A DNA stretch of 64,000 nucleotides, taken from an uncultured Armatimonadetes bacterium (lineage in GTDB: Bacteria > Armatimonadota > UBA5829 > DTJY01). Location: contig OY970325.1 in assembly GCA_963717145.1 (NCBI GenBank), forward strand, positions 5,056,001 through 5,120,000, in the 5' to 3' direction. The position numbers and the translations under genes are program-made. This document shows, piece by piece, positions 30,129 through 41,598 of the stretch (its first letter is position 1; every line of letters starts with the position of its first letter). The notes beneath the pieces are model-generated. The model was not told the origin of the DNA. It searched no databases and saw only the letters and a list, made by a program, of their open reading frames with translations.

Positions 30129-32855
30129 ATGCCTCTCACACGGCGTGATTTCCTCAGAGGAATGGGGGCGACGGTCGGAGGCATAGGGCTGTCATCCGCC
30201 GTCGACCACCTGATTCCATACGTCCATCAGCCCGAAGACCTCGTCCCCGGCACGTCCACATGGTATGCCACCTCCTGCCGCGAATGTCCGGCGGGCTGCG
30301 GCATGCTGGTGCGCACGAGCGACTCCCGCGCGCTGAAGTGCGAGGGCAACCCGGCTCATCCGATAAGCCAGGGACGTCTCTGCGCTCGCGGCCAGGCATC
30401 ACTTCAGGCGTTGTACGACCCCGACAGGGTCGGGTCCCCGATGCATCGGTCGGGTGACGCATTCAACGCGGCGACATGGCCGGAAGCTCTCGAAGGCGTG
30501 AGGACGGCTCTGACGAGTGCCAGGGGAGTGGCATTGGTTTCCGACCTCCAGACTTCGTCGTTACTGACGATCATGCGTCAGTGGTTGTCGGCTCTTGGAT
30601 CGGATCGGCTCTTGATCTATGAGCCGATCGACTACGAGGCCATCAGAGCGACGAATGGCGGTGTCCTGCCGAGTTACGACATCGCCGGCAGCGACTACCT
30701 GCTCTCCTTCGACGCCGACTTCCTGAGCTGTTGGATCTCGCCCGTGGAATACACGCGCGAGTTCACTGCCATGCGCGAGTTGAAGAATGGCAGGCGCTCG
30801 GGCTTCGCGTTTGTGGGACCACGCGTCTCGACGACCGCCGCGAGCGCCGATCGCAGGCTGATTGTGCCGCCCGGCTCCGAGGAATCCGCGGCGAGGGCGA
30901 TTCTGTCGGGGGCGGGACCGGCCGGCTCGCAATTCGACCCCGAGGTGATCCGGAGAATCGCGAGAGACCTCTCGGCCGCGAGATCACCCCTTGCTCTACC
31001 GGGCATCTCGCCCAGTGCGGCGCGTGCTGCCGCACTGGTGAACTCGGCGACTCGGACCCCGCTCGTGGACGCCGGCCGACCTCATGCGCTCACACATGTG
31101 TCCGCCCGCTCGGACATGGATGCGCTGATCAGTGACATGGAAGCGGGCAAGATCGATGTCCTGCTCGTATACGGTGCGAACCCCGTGTACTCCCTCCCGC
31201 AGGCGGCCCGATTCGTGGAGGCTCTGGAGCGAGTGTCGACCGTTGTGAGCCTGTCTAGCTACATGGACGAGACATCCGTGAGGGCGGACTGGATTCTGCC
31301 CTCCAGCACTCCTCTCGAGTCGTGGGGCGACTATGAACCCTATCCCGGAGTCGTCAACGTCATGCAGCCGGTCATGGGGAAGGTCTTCGACACCATGCAG
31401 ACCGGCGATATCCTCATGTCGCTGGCCCGCAAAGCATTCAAGGCATCGAGTTTCTACGAGTTCATCCGTGCGGAAAGAGGGCATCCGCTTGCGCCGGGGG
31501 AGACGGCCGAGACGATTTCCCCGGGCTGGGAGGCCGAGGTCCAGCGAGGCGGTCGGTGGTCCCCCAGGAGCCGTCGGGCATGAGGTCCATGGTTCCCCTC
31601 GCCCCGCCAGTTCTCTCCAATGGAGAGGCGCAAATAGAAGGGATACGCCTCTACGCCTATCCCCACATCTACAGCTATGATGGTCGCAGTGCGAACAAGC
31701 GGTGGCTTCAGGAGTTGCCGGAGCCGCTGGTCAAGGCCGCCTGGGGAACCTGGGCGGAGATGTACCCATCGACCGCTGGGAAACTCGGAGTGAAGACGGA
31801 CGACCTCGTCGAGATCCGGCGGGACGACAACTCGATCCGCGTACCTGTCTACGTCTGGGAGGGAGTCGCGCCTGAGACGATCGCCGTCCCCATGGGGCAG
31901 GGCCACGAGCACTATGGACGCTATGCGAAAGGCATCGGGGTGAATGTGTACCCGCTGCTAGCGGGTCCGGGCGCGGTAGAAGTATCGCCCGCCGGACGCG
32001 GATACGTGATCCGTATCAAGGCCGGTGACAGTCAGTCCGGACGAGAGATCGCTCAGACCGCCGATCTCGGCAGACCGTTTGGCAGGGACCACGAGATCGT
32101 CTATCCCTTGCCGAAGGGGTATGGGTCTCACGATTTCATGCCTGGGCATCAGTACAAGACGCACCGATGGGCGATGGTTGTGGACCTCGACCGCTGCACG
32201 GGCTGCCATGCGTGCGCCGCGGCCTGTTATGCGGAGAACAACATCGGCACGGTAGGCCTCGACAACGTTCGGCGAGGCCGGGAGATGTCTTGGATACGGA
32301 TAGACCGATACCTCGATTGGGACGATCCGAACGCTCCCGTGCTCTTCCAGCCGATGCTCTGCCAGCACTGTGACGCAGCGCCCTGCGAGGCCGTGTGTCC
32401 CGTGTTTGCGGCGGCCCAGAATGATGAAGGGCTGAACATGCAGGTCTACAACAGATGCATCGGGACGCGGTTCTGCGCCAACAACTGCCCATACAAAGTC
32501 CGACGGTTCAACTGGTTCGACTACAAGTGGCCCGAGCCGCTCAACTGGCAGCTCAACCCCGACGTTACCGTCCGCTGCCGAGGCGTGATGGAGAAGTGCA
32601 CGTTCTGCATCCAGCGGATCCGAGCGGCCGAGACTCGCTGCGCGCGGTGAGGGCAGGGAGCTTCGGGACGGCGAGGTGGTCCCGGCGTGCGTGCAGACAT
32701 GTCCGGCGAGCGTATTCACCTTCGGCGATCTCAAGGATCCGAACTCCGCCGTCTCCCGGCTTTTCGCATCCGACCCCCGGGCATATCAGGTGCTCGCGGG
32801 TTTGAATACGAAGCCCGCGGTGTTGTACCTGAAGCGGATCATCGACCGATCCTGA
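30129..32855 (+). CDS. actB: alternative complex III ActB / QrcBC-like: Tat molybdopterin-oxidoreductase-like domain fused to 4Fe-4S domain (indels near 31560 and 32645)
   Basis: RRDFL Tat signal, CRECPAGC…EGNPAHP…LCARGQAS, WAMVVDLDRCTGC, CQHCDAAPCEAVCP, YNRCIGTRFC, RRFNW and GVMEKCTFC motifs. Confidence 0.85.
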
Positions 32856-32864
32856 GCATCACCA

Positions 32865-32973
32865 TGTAGTGGCCGTGCCTCTGTGCCGGCCATGGGACTG
32901 AGAACAATGTAGTGGCCGCGCCTCCGTGCCGGCCATGACACCGGGAAGGCCGGCACAGAGGCACGGCCACTAC
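32865..32973. repeat. GTAG-type REP cluster (family C, three units)
   Basis: Two forward copies and one inverted copy of gtagtggccgYgcctcYgtgccggcc. Confidence 0.85.
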
Positions 32974-32988
32974 GTTAGAGGTAGGTAA

Positions 32989-34333
32989 TTGGAAACCAGC
33001 AGGCTGAGCCGAATCGATAACGAGGTACTGAGCGCAATCGGCGCGCCGTCACGGGGATACTGGATCGTCCTCATGGTCTGCGCGCTGCTGGTAGTGGTCG
33101 GCGCTATGGCCTACGGAATCCAGTACACGGTCGGCATGTCGGTCACCGGCCTGTCTGTTCCGATTGGATGGGCCGTCTACATCACGAACTTCGTGTGGTG
33201 GATCGGCATCGCTCACTCCGGCACGCTCATCTCGGCCATCCTGTATCTCTTCCGCACGAGATGGCGGAACGGCATCAACCGAGCGGCTGAGGCCATGACG
33301 ATGTTCGCGATCATGACCGCCGGGCTGTTCCCGCTGATCCATCTCGGACGCGTCTGGGTCTTCTACTGGGTCATTCCCTATCCCAACACGGCCGGCGCTG
33401 TGGCCGAACTTCAAGTCGCCGCTGGTGTGGGACGTCATCGCCGTTACGACGTATCTGATCGTCAGCGTCCTGTTCTTCTACCTCGGACTGCTGCCCGATC
33501 TGGCCACCGCTCGGGACCATGCGCCGCCCGGCCGGCGAAAGACGGCATACAGCTATCTGGCACTCGGCTGGACCGGCCGGTACGAGCAATGGAGGCATTA
33601 CGGCCGGACTTACCTGGCCCTGGCCGCGCTGATCACGCCGCTCGTCATCTCGGTGCACAGCATCGTCTCGTGGGACTTCGCCATGTCACTTGTGCCGGGG
33701 TGGCACACGACGATATTCGCGCCATACTTCGTGGCGGGGGCGATCCATTCCGGGCTCGCGATGGTGATCACGCTGCTCATACCGCTGAGAAAAGTGCTGC
33801 GGCTGGAGAAGATACTGACGGCCTTCTACTTCGAGCAGATGGCGCTGCTGATGATCCTGATGTCGCTGATAATCGGCTATTCGTACGCGGTAGAGGCGTT
33901 CATGTCCTGGTACAGCGCCGACAAGTTCGAGCAGCAGTTCACGGCATACCGCGCATTCGGCAACGGACCGTACACGCCTTTGTTCTGGACGATGATCGTG
34001 TTCAATCTGGTCGTTCCGATGACTTTCTTCTTCAAGAGACTGCGCACGAACCTGAGGTATCTATTCGTCTCGGCGATCCTCGTCAACATCGGAATGTGGC
34101 TTGAGCGCTTCGTGATCATAGTCGTCTCGCTCTCCCACGACTACCTGCCGTCCTCGTGGGGAGTCTATGCGCCGAGGCCGGTCGAGATCGCGGTCACGGG
34201 TCTCTCGTTCGGATTCTTCTTCATGGCCTATCTCATGTTCGTGAAGCTGTTCCCGTCGATCTCCATGAACGAACTGAAGGAGCAGGTAATGACGGGACGA
34301 GAGCAGACCCTCGAGAGGCGAGGTGAGTTCTGA
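32989..34333 (+). CDS. actC: ACIII quinol-binding subunit ActC, NrfD/PsrC family (indel near 33395)
   Basis: YITNFVWWIGIAHSGTLISA, RAAEAMT, SVHSIVSWDFA, WHTTIFAPYFVAGAI and GMWLERF motifs. Confidence 0.92.
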
Positions 34334-34854
34334 TGGCTGATCCGGTGATTGTCCGGGCTCGATACAGGGACCACGACGATTTCATGCGCGCGCTGGAAGC
34401 GTTCAGCGGCCAGGCGGAGGCATTCGCCCCGGTGCGGCTCGACACGCTGGGCGACCTCATGCCGAAGCGCGGCAGCACGGTGCGGTTTTGGGCATATTTC
34501 GGCGCGCTCGCAGGGATGGCGATTGCCTACCATATGTGTGTCGCCAGTTCTGCTGTCTTCGGACTGATAGTAGGAGGGAAGCCGCCTGTGTCGAGAGTTC
34601 CGTTCCTGGTCGTGACCTACGCCGGGACGATTCTGCTCGGAGCGATCTCTGTCTTCATCGCCTTCCTGATCGCGGCTGGGATGCGTCCGAGGAAACCCGG
34701 GCCCGAGACGGGTGCCACCGAGGATATGTTCGGCGTGGAAGTGGCCTGCAAGCCGGAGGACTGCGATAGTATATCGGAGCGCCTGCGGAGTCTGGGGGCG
34801 CATGACGTGCGCGTGATCTCCCGCGGAGAGGATGTTCACAGTGGAAGTGTGTAG
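34333..34854 (+). CDS. actD: ACIII subunit ActD (DUF3341-like)
   Basis: Two TM helices with IVGGKP; lies directly after actC. Confidence 0.8.
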   Translation: MADPVIVRARYRDHDDFMRALEAFSGQAEAFAPVRLDTLGDLMPKRGSTVRFWAYFGALAGMAIAYHMCVASSAVFGLIVGGKPPVSRVPFLVVTYAGTILLGAISVFIAFLIAAGMRPRKPGPETGATEDMFGVEVACKPEDCDSISERLRSLGAHDVRVISRGEDVHSGSV

Positions 34855-36057
34855 GACGGAGACCACCAGAGATCAGTTCGAGCCCGCCTTCCGCCCGGCC
34901 AGGTGGCTCCTCGCGGCATCGGGGGCCGCGGTCATAATCGGCCTGGGAGGCATCCTCCTGGCAGCCAGGACGTCTCCGCTGCAAGCCTGGGTCTGGCTGA
35001 TCGTGAATTTCGTCCTGTTCGGAGGGATCGCCCGAGGGATGCTGCTCTGGTCGAGTGCATTCAGGATCGCCCAGGCCCGGTGGACCCCGCGGTCAACCGG
35101 CTCGGCCACTCAGCGATCGCCTTCATTCCGGTCTCATACCTGGTGATGATCGTTCTGCTCTTAGGGCTCAAAGCGTACATGCCCTGGGTGATTCACCCGG
35201 TGCCGGCGAAGGCCGGATGGTTGAACGTGCCGTTCATGGCGGGCCGGGATTCGCTGTTACTTCTGGTTGTATTCCTGGTCTACCTGGCTATGGTTCGGTG
35301 GACGCTCAAAGCCGACGCCCGGGCTCGGCGGGGGGAGACCATCGACCAGGCCGCGCAGTACCGATTGACGGCGATCGCCATTGCGGCGGCGATAGTTTAT
35401 GTGCTGACGGAGACCATCTTGGCGTACGACTTCATCATGTCGCTCTCGCCCGAATGGTACAGCACGATGTTCGCGCCCTACATATGGGTCACGGACATGT
35501 ACCTGGCGCTGGCCGTTCTCATCGTTATGGCCTCGATGCTCCGAGGGTCTTCACGGTCGTACCTCGGGCCGCCGGAGGTCCAGAACCTCGCAAACCTGGC
35601 GCTGGCCTTCTCGCTGCTTTCGATGGGACTCTTCTTCGCACAATACCTGACCATCTGGTATGGAAACCTGCCTGAGGAGACGGGATTCATGATCGTCCGA
35701 TACTACAGGGGGCAGTGGCCCTGGCTCGGGTGGGCCGGATTCGTGACGGCATATGCGATTCCTTTCGTGCTGCTCCAGAGCCGGTGGATCAAAGGACATC
35801 CCGCATGGGCCTCTGCGGTGTCAGCGCTCATCATCATCGGAGTTGGCCTGGAGAGATACGTGCTCGTCGCGCCGTCCATCATTCCCGGGGATCCGATGTT
35901 CAACTTGATGCCGGCCCTGAGCATCCTCGGATTCCTGGGTGCTTTCGTGCTGGCGGTGAGCCTTTTCCTTCGCAGATACTCGCCGATTTCCGCGGCCGAT
36001 GTCGCGCTTTGCGAGATGGATGAGGAGGTTGACAGGAGAATGGTGGCGGACCTATGA
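34832..36057 (+). CDS. actF: ACIII subunit ActF (indel near 35088)
   Basis: KAGWLNVPF, DFIMSLSPEWYSTMF and QYLTIWYGNLPEE motifs. Confidence 0.85.
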
Positions 36058-36554
36058 GGCTCGGGAGGATGCAAGTCTCGAAGAAGTCGATCGTGATGAT
36101 GGCGGCCGTTCCGATAGTGCTGTTCGCCCTCTTTGCGCGGGGCGAGCCACCACTGCAGCCGATCAACTTCCCGCACAAGAGGATGGTGCAGGAGGTCGGG
36201 ATCGACTGCTACTTCTGCCATCCGTATGCGGCGGTTTCGGCGAATGCGGGCATGCCGAGCCTGGACAAGTGCCTCCTCTGCCACGAAACCATTCGGACTA
36301 AGGCTACCAACAAGTTGCTCGACTACAAACGGCGAGGACAGGGCATCCCATGGGTCCGCGTCAATCGGCTGCCGGACTATGTCCGTTTCAATCACGAACG
36401 CCACATAGCCGCCGGTCAGGTGTGCAAAGACTGCCACGGGGACATCGCATCGATGGAGACGACTCGGCCGGTCAGGAAGTTCAAGATGGGCTTCTGCACA
36501 GGTTGTCACCAGAAAAAGGGCGTCTCGCGGGACTGCTATGTGTGCCACCATTGA
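36054..36554 (+). CDS. actA: pentaheme cytochrome c, ActA
   Basis: Five CxxCH motifs (CYFCH, CLLCH, CKDCH, CTGCH, CYVCH) plus QPINFPH and WVRVNRLPDYVRFNH. Confidence 0.9.
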   Translation: MRLGRMQVSKKSIVMMAAVPIVLFALFARGEPPLQPINFPHKRMVQEVGIDCYFCHPYAAVSANAGMPSLDKCLLCHETIRTKATNKLLDYKRRGQGIPWVRVNRLPDYVRFNHERHIAAGQVCKDCHGDIASMETTRPVRKFKMGFCTGCHQKKGVSRDCYVCHH

Positions 36555-36565
36555 GTGAGGATGAT

Positions 36566-37045
36566 ATGCGACTGGCGAGGAAGATGATGATTGCGCTGAC
36601 GGCTCTGACCGCGCTGATGTGCGTCTCATGCGGACCGCGCATGGTTCGTTCGCCGTCCGTCACGACATACGAACGTCGGATGCCGGCCTCGCCTCGCGGG
36701 ACGGTTCCCACAACGGGTCGGCTCTCCACCCTGACTCTGGAGCAGTCGAAACTCGCTACGAGTCCTCTAGCGCCGAATGAAGCGAATCTCTCTCAGGGCA
36801 AGACGCACTATGGTCGCTACTGCGGGTTTTGTCACGGCCCCGATGGAACCGGAGCGGTCACTCTCGGCTACATTCTCAGGCCGACTCCGACGAATCTGAC
36901 GTCCGTCGAGGTCAGGAATCTGACCGATGGAGAGATCTACTACCGCATGCTCCACGGCCCAGGTCACGATCCCGTCATGAGTGAGACGGTTCTGCCGCCC
37001 TACCGCTGGCAGGTGGTCATGTACGTTCGGTCGCTTGCCCGTTGA
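36566..37045 (+). CDS. actE: monoheme cytochrome c lipoprotein, ActE-like
   Basis: Lipobox-like VSC, PRGTVP, CGFCHG and distal Met in PVM. Confidence 0.8.
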   Translation: MRLARKMMIALTALTALMCVSCGPRMVRSPSVTTYERRMPASPRGTVPTTGRLSTLTLEQSKLATSPLAPNEANLSQGKTHYGRYCGFCHGPDGTGAVTLGYILRPTPTNLTSVEVRNLTDGEIYYRMLHGPGHDPVMSETVLPPYRWQVVMYVRSLAR

Positions 37046-37098
37046 CCGACGGCGCGGGTAGTCAGGAGAAGTGGAAGATGCACGGTCAAGTTCGACGG

Positions 37099-37434
37099 CT
37101 ACTCACGTACCTTGAACCAGTAGATGGCCCAACATGCAATGGTAAGAATGCCTCCTCTAGGCAATACGCCTATCGCCAGCATAACGATGCCAACCACAAC
37201 CATCCACGCCGGCACTTCCTGATCGACCAGGTCAACGATCCACCAGGTCACGAAGGCTATGACCATAGCGGCAAGCATCAGGCCAAGGCCGAATGTGTAG
37301 TCGCGCGCCAGCAGAGGGATGAACAGGATTCCCAGGAAGGATCCCCACCCTACATAACCCCACCAATCACCGAACATTATCACGACTTGGCTGCATAGCT
37401 TTCGCATATGAGTTCGTTTCCCGAATGGGTACAC
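37099..37434 (-). CDS. small hypothetical membrane protein (start uncertain, possibly 37377)
   Basis: Three to four hydrophobic segments. Confidence 0.5.
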   Translation of the reverse strand: MYPFGKRTHMRKLCSQVVIMFGDWWGYVGWGSFLGILFIPLLARDYTFGLGLMLAAMVIAFVTWWIVDLVDQEVPAWMVVVGIVMLAIGVLPRGGILTIACWAIYWFKVRE

Positions 37435-37437
37435 TGC

Positions 37438-40400
37438 CTAGCGGCGGGACAGGCTGATGGATAGCATCTTCCCCAGTGTGACCGGTCCGACCTCTACCGT
37501 GCCGTCGCTCGATGCCCGGACACTCCTGGTTCTTCCGCCGGAGGTGACCGAGACCCGCCCATTGGACGCGGTTCGGAGCTTAAGCGACTTCAGCCGGATC
37601 GTATCCCCGAGGTTAGTCAGGGTATAGACCTCTCCGTGAGGCGAGCGCTTGTAACTGACCTGGCCGAGCCACTTCGGCATGATGATCGGGAGCGTGAACG
37701 TCGGGTCCTTCCATACCCAGTCGGCGGGCTTGATGACAGCGGTCTCCTGGGGTACGTCGAGTCCGAGCCCGGCGGCGGAGTAGGCGAGTGTCATCGTCAC
37801 GCCGAGGCGCATGTCGCGAAGGAGCCGGTCAGTGATCGCGCCTGTGTGCGGATCCTCGATCGCCTCCTCCTGTCTCCATGGGACGCGTGCCTTCTCGACC
37901 ATGTACTGCGTCCATATCTCGTCGGCCACGCGCAGGGCGATGTCGTCCATCCCCTGGTACATGCAATGGGATGCGTAGAAGAGTGACCATCCCGTGCCGC
38001 AGATAAAGCACTGCCAGATGCCGTTGCTGCTCCCGTCGGGGTTGAGGCAGACCGTCACGCCGTAGAGCGAGTCCTTGCCGAGCACGTCGTCGATCACCTG
38101 CAGGGACGAGCGCACCTGCTTCTGCGGGATGCCAGTCTCGAAGCCCATCATGTCGGCATACCAGTCGCCTGCCACCTGGAGGCACGATATCATATTGTTG
38201 TCCTTGCCGCCATCGAGCGCGCCCTGCCGGAAATACTCGCCGGTCCAGAGGCGCTTCTCGGTCTGGGCGAGCGCCTTGGTGTGTGTCGCGCGGAGTGCGG
38301 CGGCATACGTGTCTTCTCCCAGGTCATCGGCCAGTCGTGCGACGGCGACCAGCATCGCCACCCACTGGTTCGCGTCGTAGCCGCTCTTGTCGGCCATCGT
38401 CCAGCCGTCGTAGCCGTAGTAGGTCTCAGGGAGGCCGTCGTCGTCGTCGTCCTGCGCCTGGACCCAGGCGACCGCCCGCTTCACGTGCGGCCACATCTCG
38501 CGCAGGAAGTCCTTGTCGCCGGTCCACTGGTAGTTGCGCGCGACTTCGAGGCAGAACTTGATCGGCAGGTTCACCCAGTAGCCGTCGTAGTCGTGAGCGC
38601 CGGTTTTCGGCTCGGTGGGAGGCGCTTTCTGCGGGAAAAGGAAGATGTCGGCGAGACCCCTCCCGACGCCCAGGTCGTGAGGAACGAAGCCGTTGTCATG
38701 CTGGGACTCGCCGAGACCGCGCAGCTCGATGTCGTCGAGTTCGGGGAACGCCGCGAGCTTCGTGAATGAGCCGTAGTAGCGCACGTCCATCGTCCCGATC
38801 GCGGGCATCGGTCGGGCGACTCGTAGGTAAACGAGATGCCGTCCTTGGTGAGCCACGTGCAGGCGGGCATGAGGTAGAAGTTGCTCTGGACCATCTCGCG
38901 ATACCACTTGGGGAGCGTGCTGGTGGCGATGATGTCGTAGTGCTCTTTGGTCTTGCGCAGGAGCTTGTCATGATCCCGCGCGACCTCCTCGGCGACCTCG
39001 GCGGAGTCCGCGAACCAGTCCTGATACTTGTGGCCGTAGACGTGTCCCTCCAGGTTGCGGTGGTTCGGCGCGTACCATCCGCAGACGATCGAGGCGGTCC
39101 CCGACTCGCCCGGCCTAAGGCTCAGCCGCTGCTCGACGGCATATACGCTGGGATTCGGCGAAGATGCGGCCGTTCCCTCAAGCGCCTCGGGAACCGACGC
39201 GCTGTCCGGAATGCGGTAGGTGCGTGTTATGCCGTCGCCTCGGAGGGCGGCGATCGTGTACTCCGCGTCCGTGTTGGATGCAAGATCGAGGGCGTCGAAA
39301 TCGCCCACCATGCGGTTGATATCGAGGTTCCGGGTCGCGATCACACCCTCTGCGAGCGGAAGTGATGAGAGCCGGCCAGCGGTGATGGCGAAGACGATCG
39401 GTGCGATAGCCCCTGTCTTCCGAAGCTCGACCGACTCGATGGTCTTCGAGCCGTCGGTCGGGACCGCGAAGACGTTGATCGTGTAGGACTCGTTTCGGCC
39501 GTTCGGGCCGCTGACACTCGCCGGCGAGAGTGACGCCGCTCCACCCATCCAATCGCTCAACTCCTGTCCGCTGTGGAGGCGGACGATCGACTCCGTGCCG
39601 TCGGTGTAGCGGATCACGTATTGAGCGGCGCCATCGAACGCCCAGCCCGCGCAGTTGCCGAAGAAGAAGAGGCAGTCGGCGACCTGATTGACGGGCATAC
39701 TGACGCTCTTCTCGCCGCCCTCCGGGCCCGCCATCACGCACGACTTCCCGCCGTTCGCGGCGTCATCCGCAATGTCGAAGGGGATGTCGTAGATCGTTCG
39801 AATGCCCGGTTTCAGGTCGCTGAAGCAGAGGTTGGATGCAATCGGCTCGTTGAACGGGTTGTGCAGGTAGCTCCGATTGCATGCGCCGCTGATGTCGATC
39901 GGAGTGAAGTCGTACGCGCGGAGGTATGCCCTCTCGATCTCAGCGCGCTTTGCCTTTACCCTGTCGCGAACGGACGGGCCGATCACGGCCTTGGTGGAAA
40001 ACGTCAGTCCGGACGCGGCCTTCCCCGCGTATTCCTCACCCTTGCTCTCGATGGAGATATCCACGGCGTGGCTCGGGGCCGCGTCGCGAAGGACCTCCCA
40101 CTCATGGAAGCCGGTTGACGGCTCCATATCCAGATGGCTCGTCGCGATTCCCCTGAGCCACTCGCTGAAATCCGTCCCGTACGCGAGCACGAGGCCGATA
40201 TCGGCCGCTTTGTCGCCCGAGTTGCGAATCTGCGCGTCGAAGATCATCGTGGGGTATGCGCTGTGCCGGACGTCGTGCAGGACGAACGGCGACCAGCACC
40301 ACAGCGTCAGATCGACGGGCAGATCGGGGAAGGTGAGCTTGGCGAATGGGAAGTTTCCCTCGAAGCGGACCCGCCCTCCGCCGAGGGGAAACGCTTCCGT

Positions 40401-40679
40401 CTTGCCGCCGATGGTCCGCGTGACCCAGAGGCCCGTGCCGGGGATCGCGGGAATGCGGGCGACCCAGTTGTTGACGTTGGCGAACTCGATCAGCGTCCCC
40501 TGGCTCGTGATCTCTACGCATCCCGCGCCGACACCGCCCATCGGCATACCGACGGGCCTCCCCTCTTCGGTGTACTTGATTCCCTGGAAGTCCTTCAACA
40601 CATCGAGGGCGTCCGCGCGCGATACACCGACCATCGAGATCAAGAGCAAGAGAGCGAGTAAGATCGTCATCGTATTCAT
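37438..40679 (-). CDS. secreted GH116-like glycoside hydrolase (indel near 38815)
   Basis: Signal peptide; GMPMGGVGAGC, SPF…SAYP, TMDVRYYGS, PHDLG and DDDDDGLP motifs of the (alpha/alpha)6 family. Confidence 0.78.
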
Positions 40680-40697
40680 GTCTGTTCCTCCAATGTG

Positions 40698-40758
40698 GTA
40701 GGGGCGTGCCTTGTGCCGCCTGATAGGTCGTTGCGGGCGGCACAAGGCACGCCCCTAC
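40698..40758. repeat. GTAG-type REP doublet (family A)
   Basis: gtaggggcgtgccttgtgccgcc…ggcggcacaaggcacgcccctac. Confidence 0.85.
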
Positions 40759-41570
40759 AACCTGGTCATCTGCAGCTTCTTTCCCGTGCGGCGCTCGAAC
40801 TCCGCACGGTACTTCGCCGCCTGAGCATTATTACCGAGGCCGACGTAACAATACGCGAGATTGGCATAGATCGCGGGGTACAGGTCCGGGTCGAGGGCGA
40901 GTGCATCCTTGCAGTGCTCGATCGCCTTCCGGTGGTCCCCGTCGTGGAACTCGACAGCGCCGAGCCAGTAGTGCGACCACCACAGCTTCGGATCCTTCTC
41001 GAGCGATTGGGCCAAGAGCGACCTCGCCTCGGCGTTGTCACCCTTCTCCATCGCGAGCTTGCCTCGAATCGCGAGCATCCACGCATCGAACGACGCTGAG
41101 GGGTGAAGTTTCATCTGATCGGACGGAGCAGGCAGACCGGGACAGAGGGAGCGAAGTGCATCAGCGACCTTTGCCGTCATCTCGTCCTGGCAGCGCAAGA
41201 AATCCTGCACTTTGCCCGAGATAGGGAACGACCTCTGAGGCGCTTTCGGCGTCTTCCACACGTCGACCGTGAGCCGAAGCTCTACCTCCTTCTCCGAGCC
41301 GGAGATGATGATCACCACATCCGCCCGCAGGTTCTCGATCACCCCGGTAACCGCCGACTCCCTCGATGTCGTCTTCCGCAGTACCCGTGCGAGATCGAGC
41401 CGGTCGACCGGCTCCATCCCAGGCCAACGTTCGAGCCGCTTCTCCAGGTCGAACGCGATCGCCGTCCCGAGATCGGCCTCCATCTGCCACGGAATCACCG
41501 CGAACCGGACCTTCGCCTGGTCCGCATTGCCAACCGACTGCGACAGAAGCAGACACGCCCCCAGCATCAC
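40755..41570 (-). CDS. exported tetratricopeptide repeat protein
   Basis: Signal-like N-terminus; TPR motifs SLEKDPK…WLGAV and ALALDP…YANLA. Confidence 0.75.
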   Translation of the reverse strand: MMLGACLLLSQSVGNADQAKVRFAVIPWQMEADLGTAIAFDLEKRLERWPGMEPVDRLDLARVLRKTTSRESAVTGVIENLRADVVIIISGSEKEVELRLTVDVWKTPKAPQRSFPISGKVQDFLRCQDEMTAKVADALRSLCPGLPAPSDQMKLHPSASFDAWMLAIRGKLAMEKGDNAEARSLLAQSLEKDPKLWWSHYWLGAVEFHDGDHRKAIEHCKDALALDPDLYPAIYANLAYCYVGLGNNAQAAKYRAEFERRTGKKLQMTRL

Positions 41571-41598
41571 AAGTCTCCCATACCCCCATACTCCGCCT

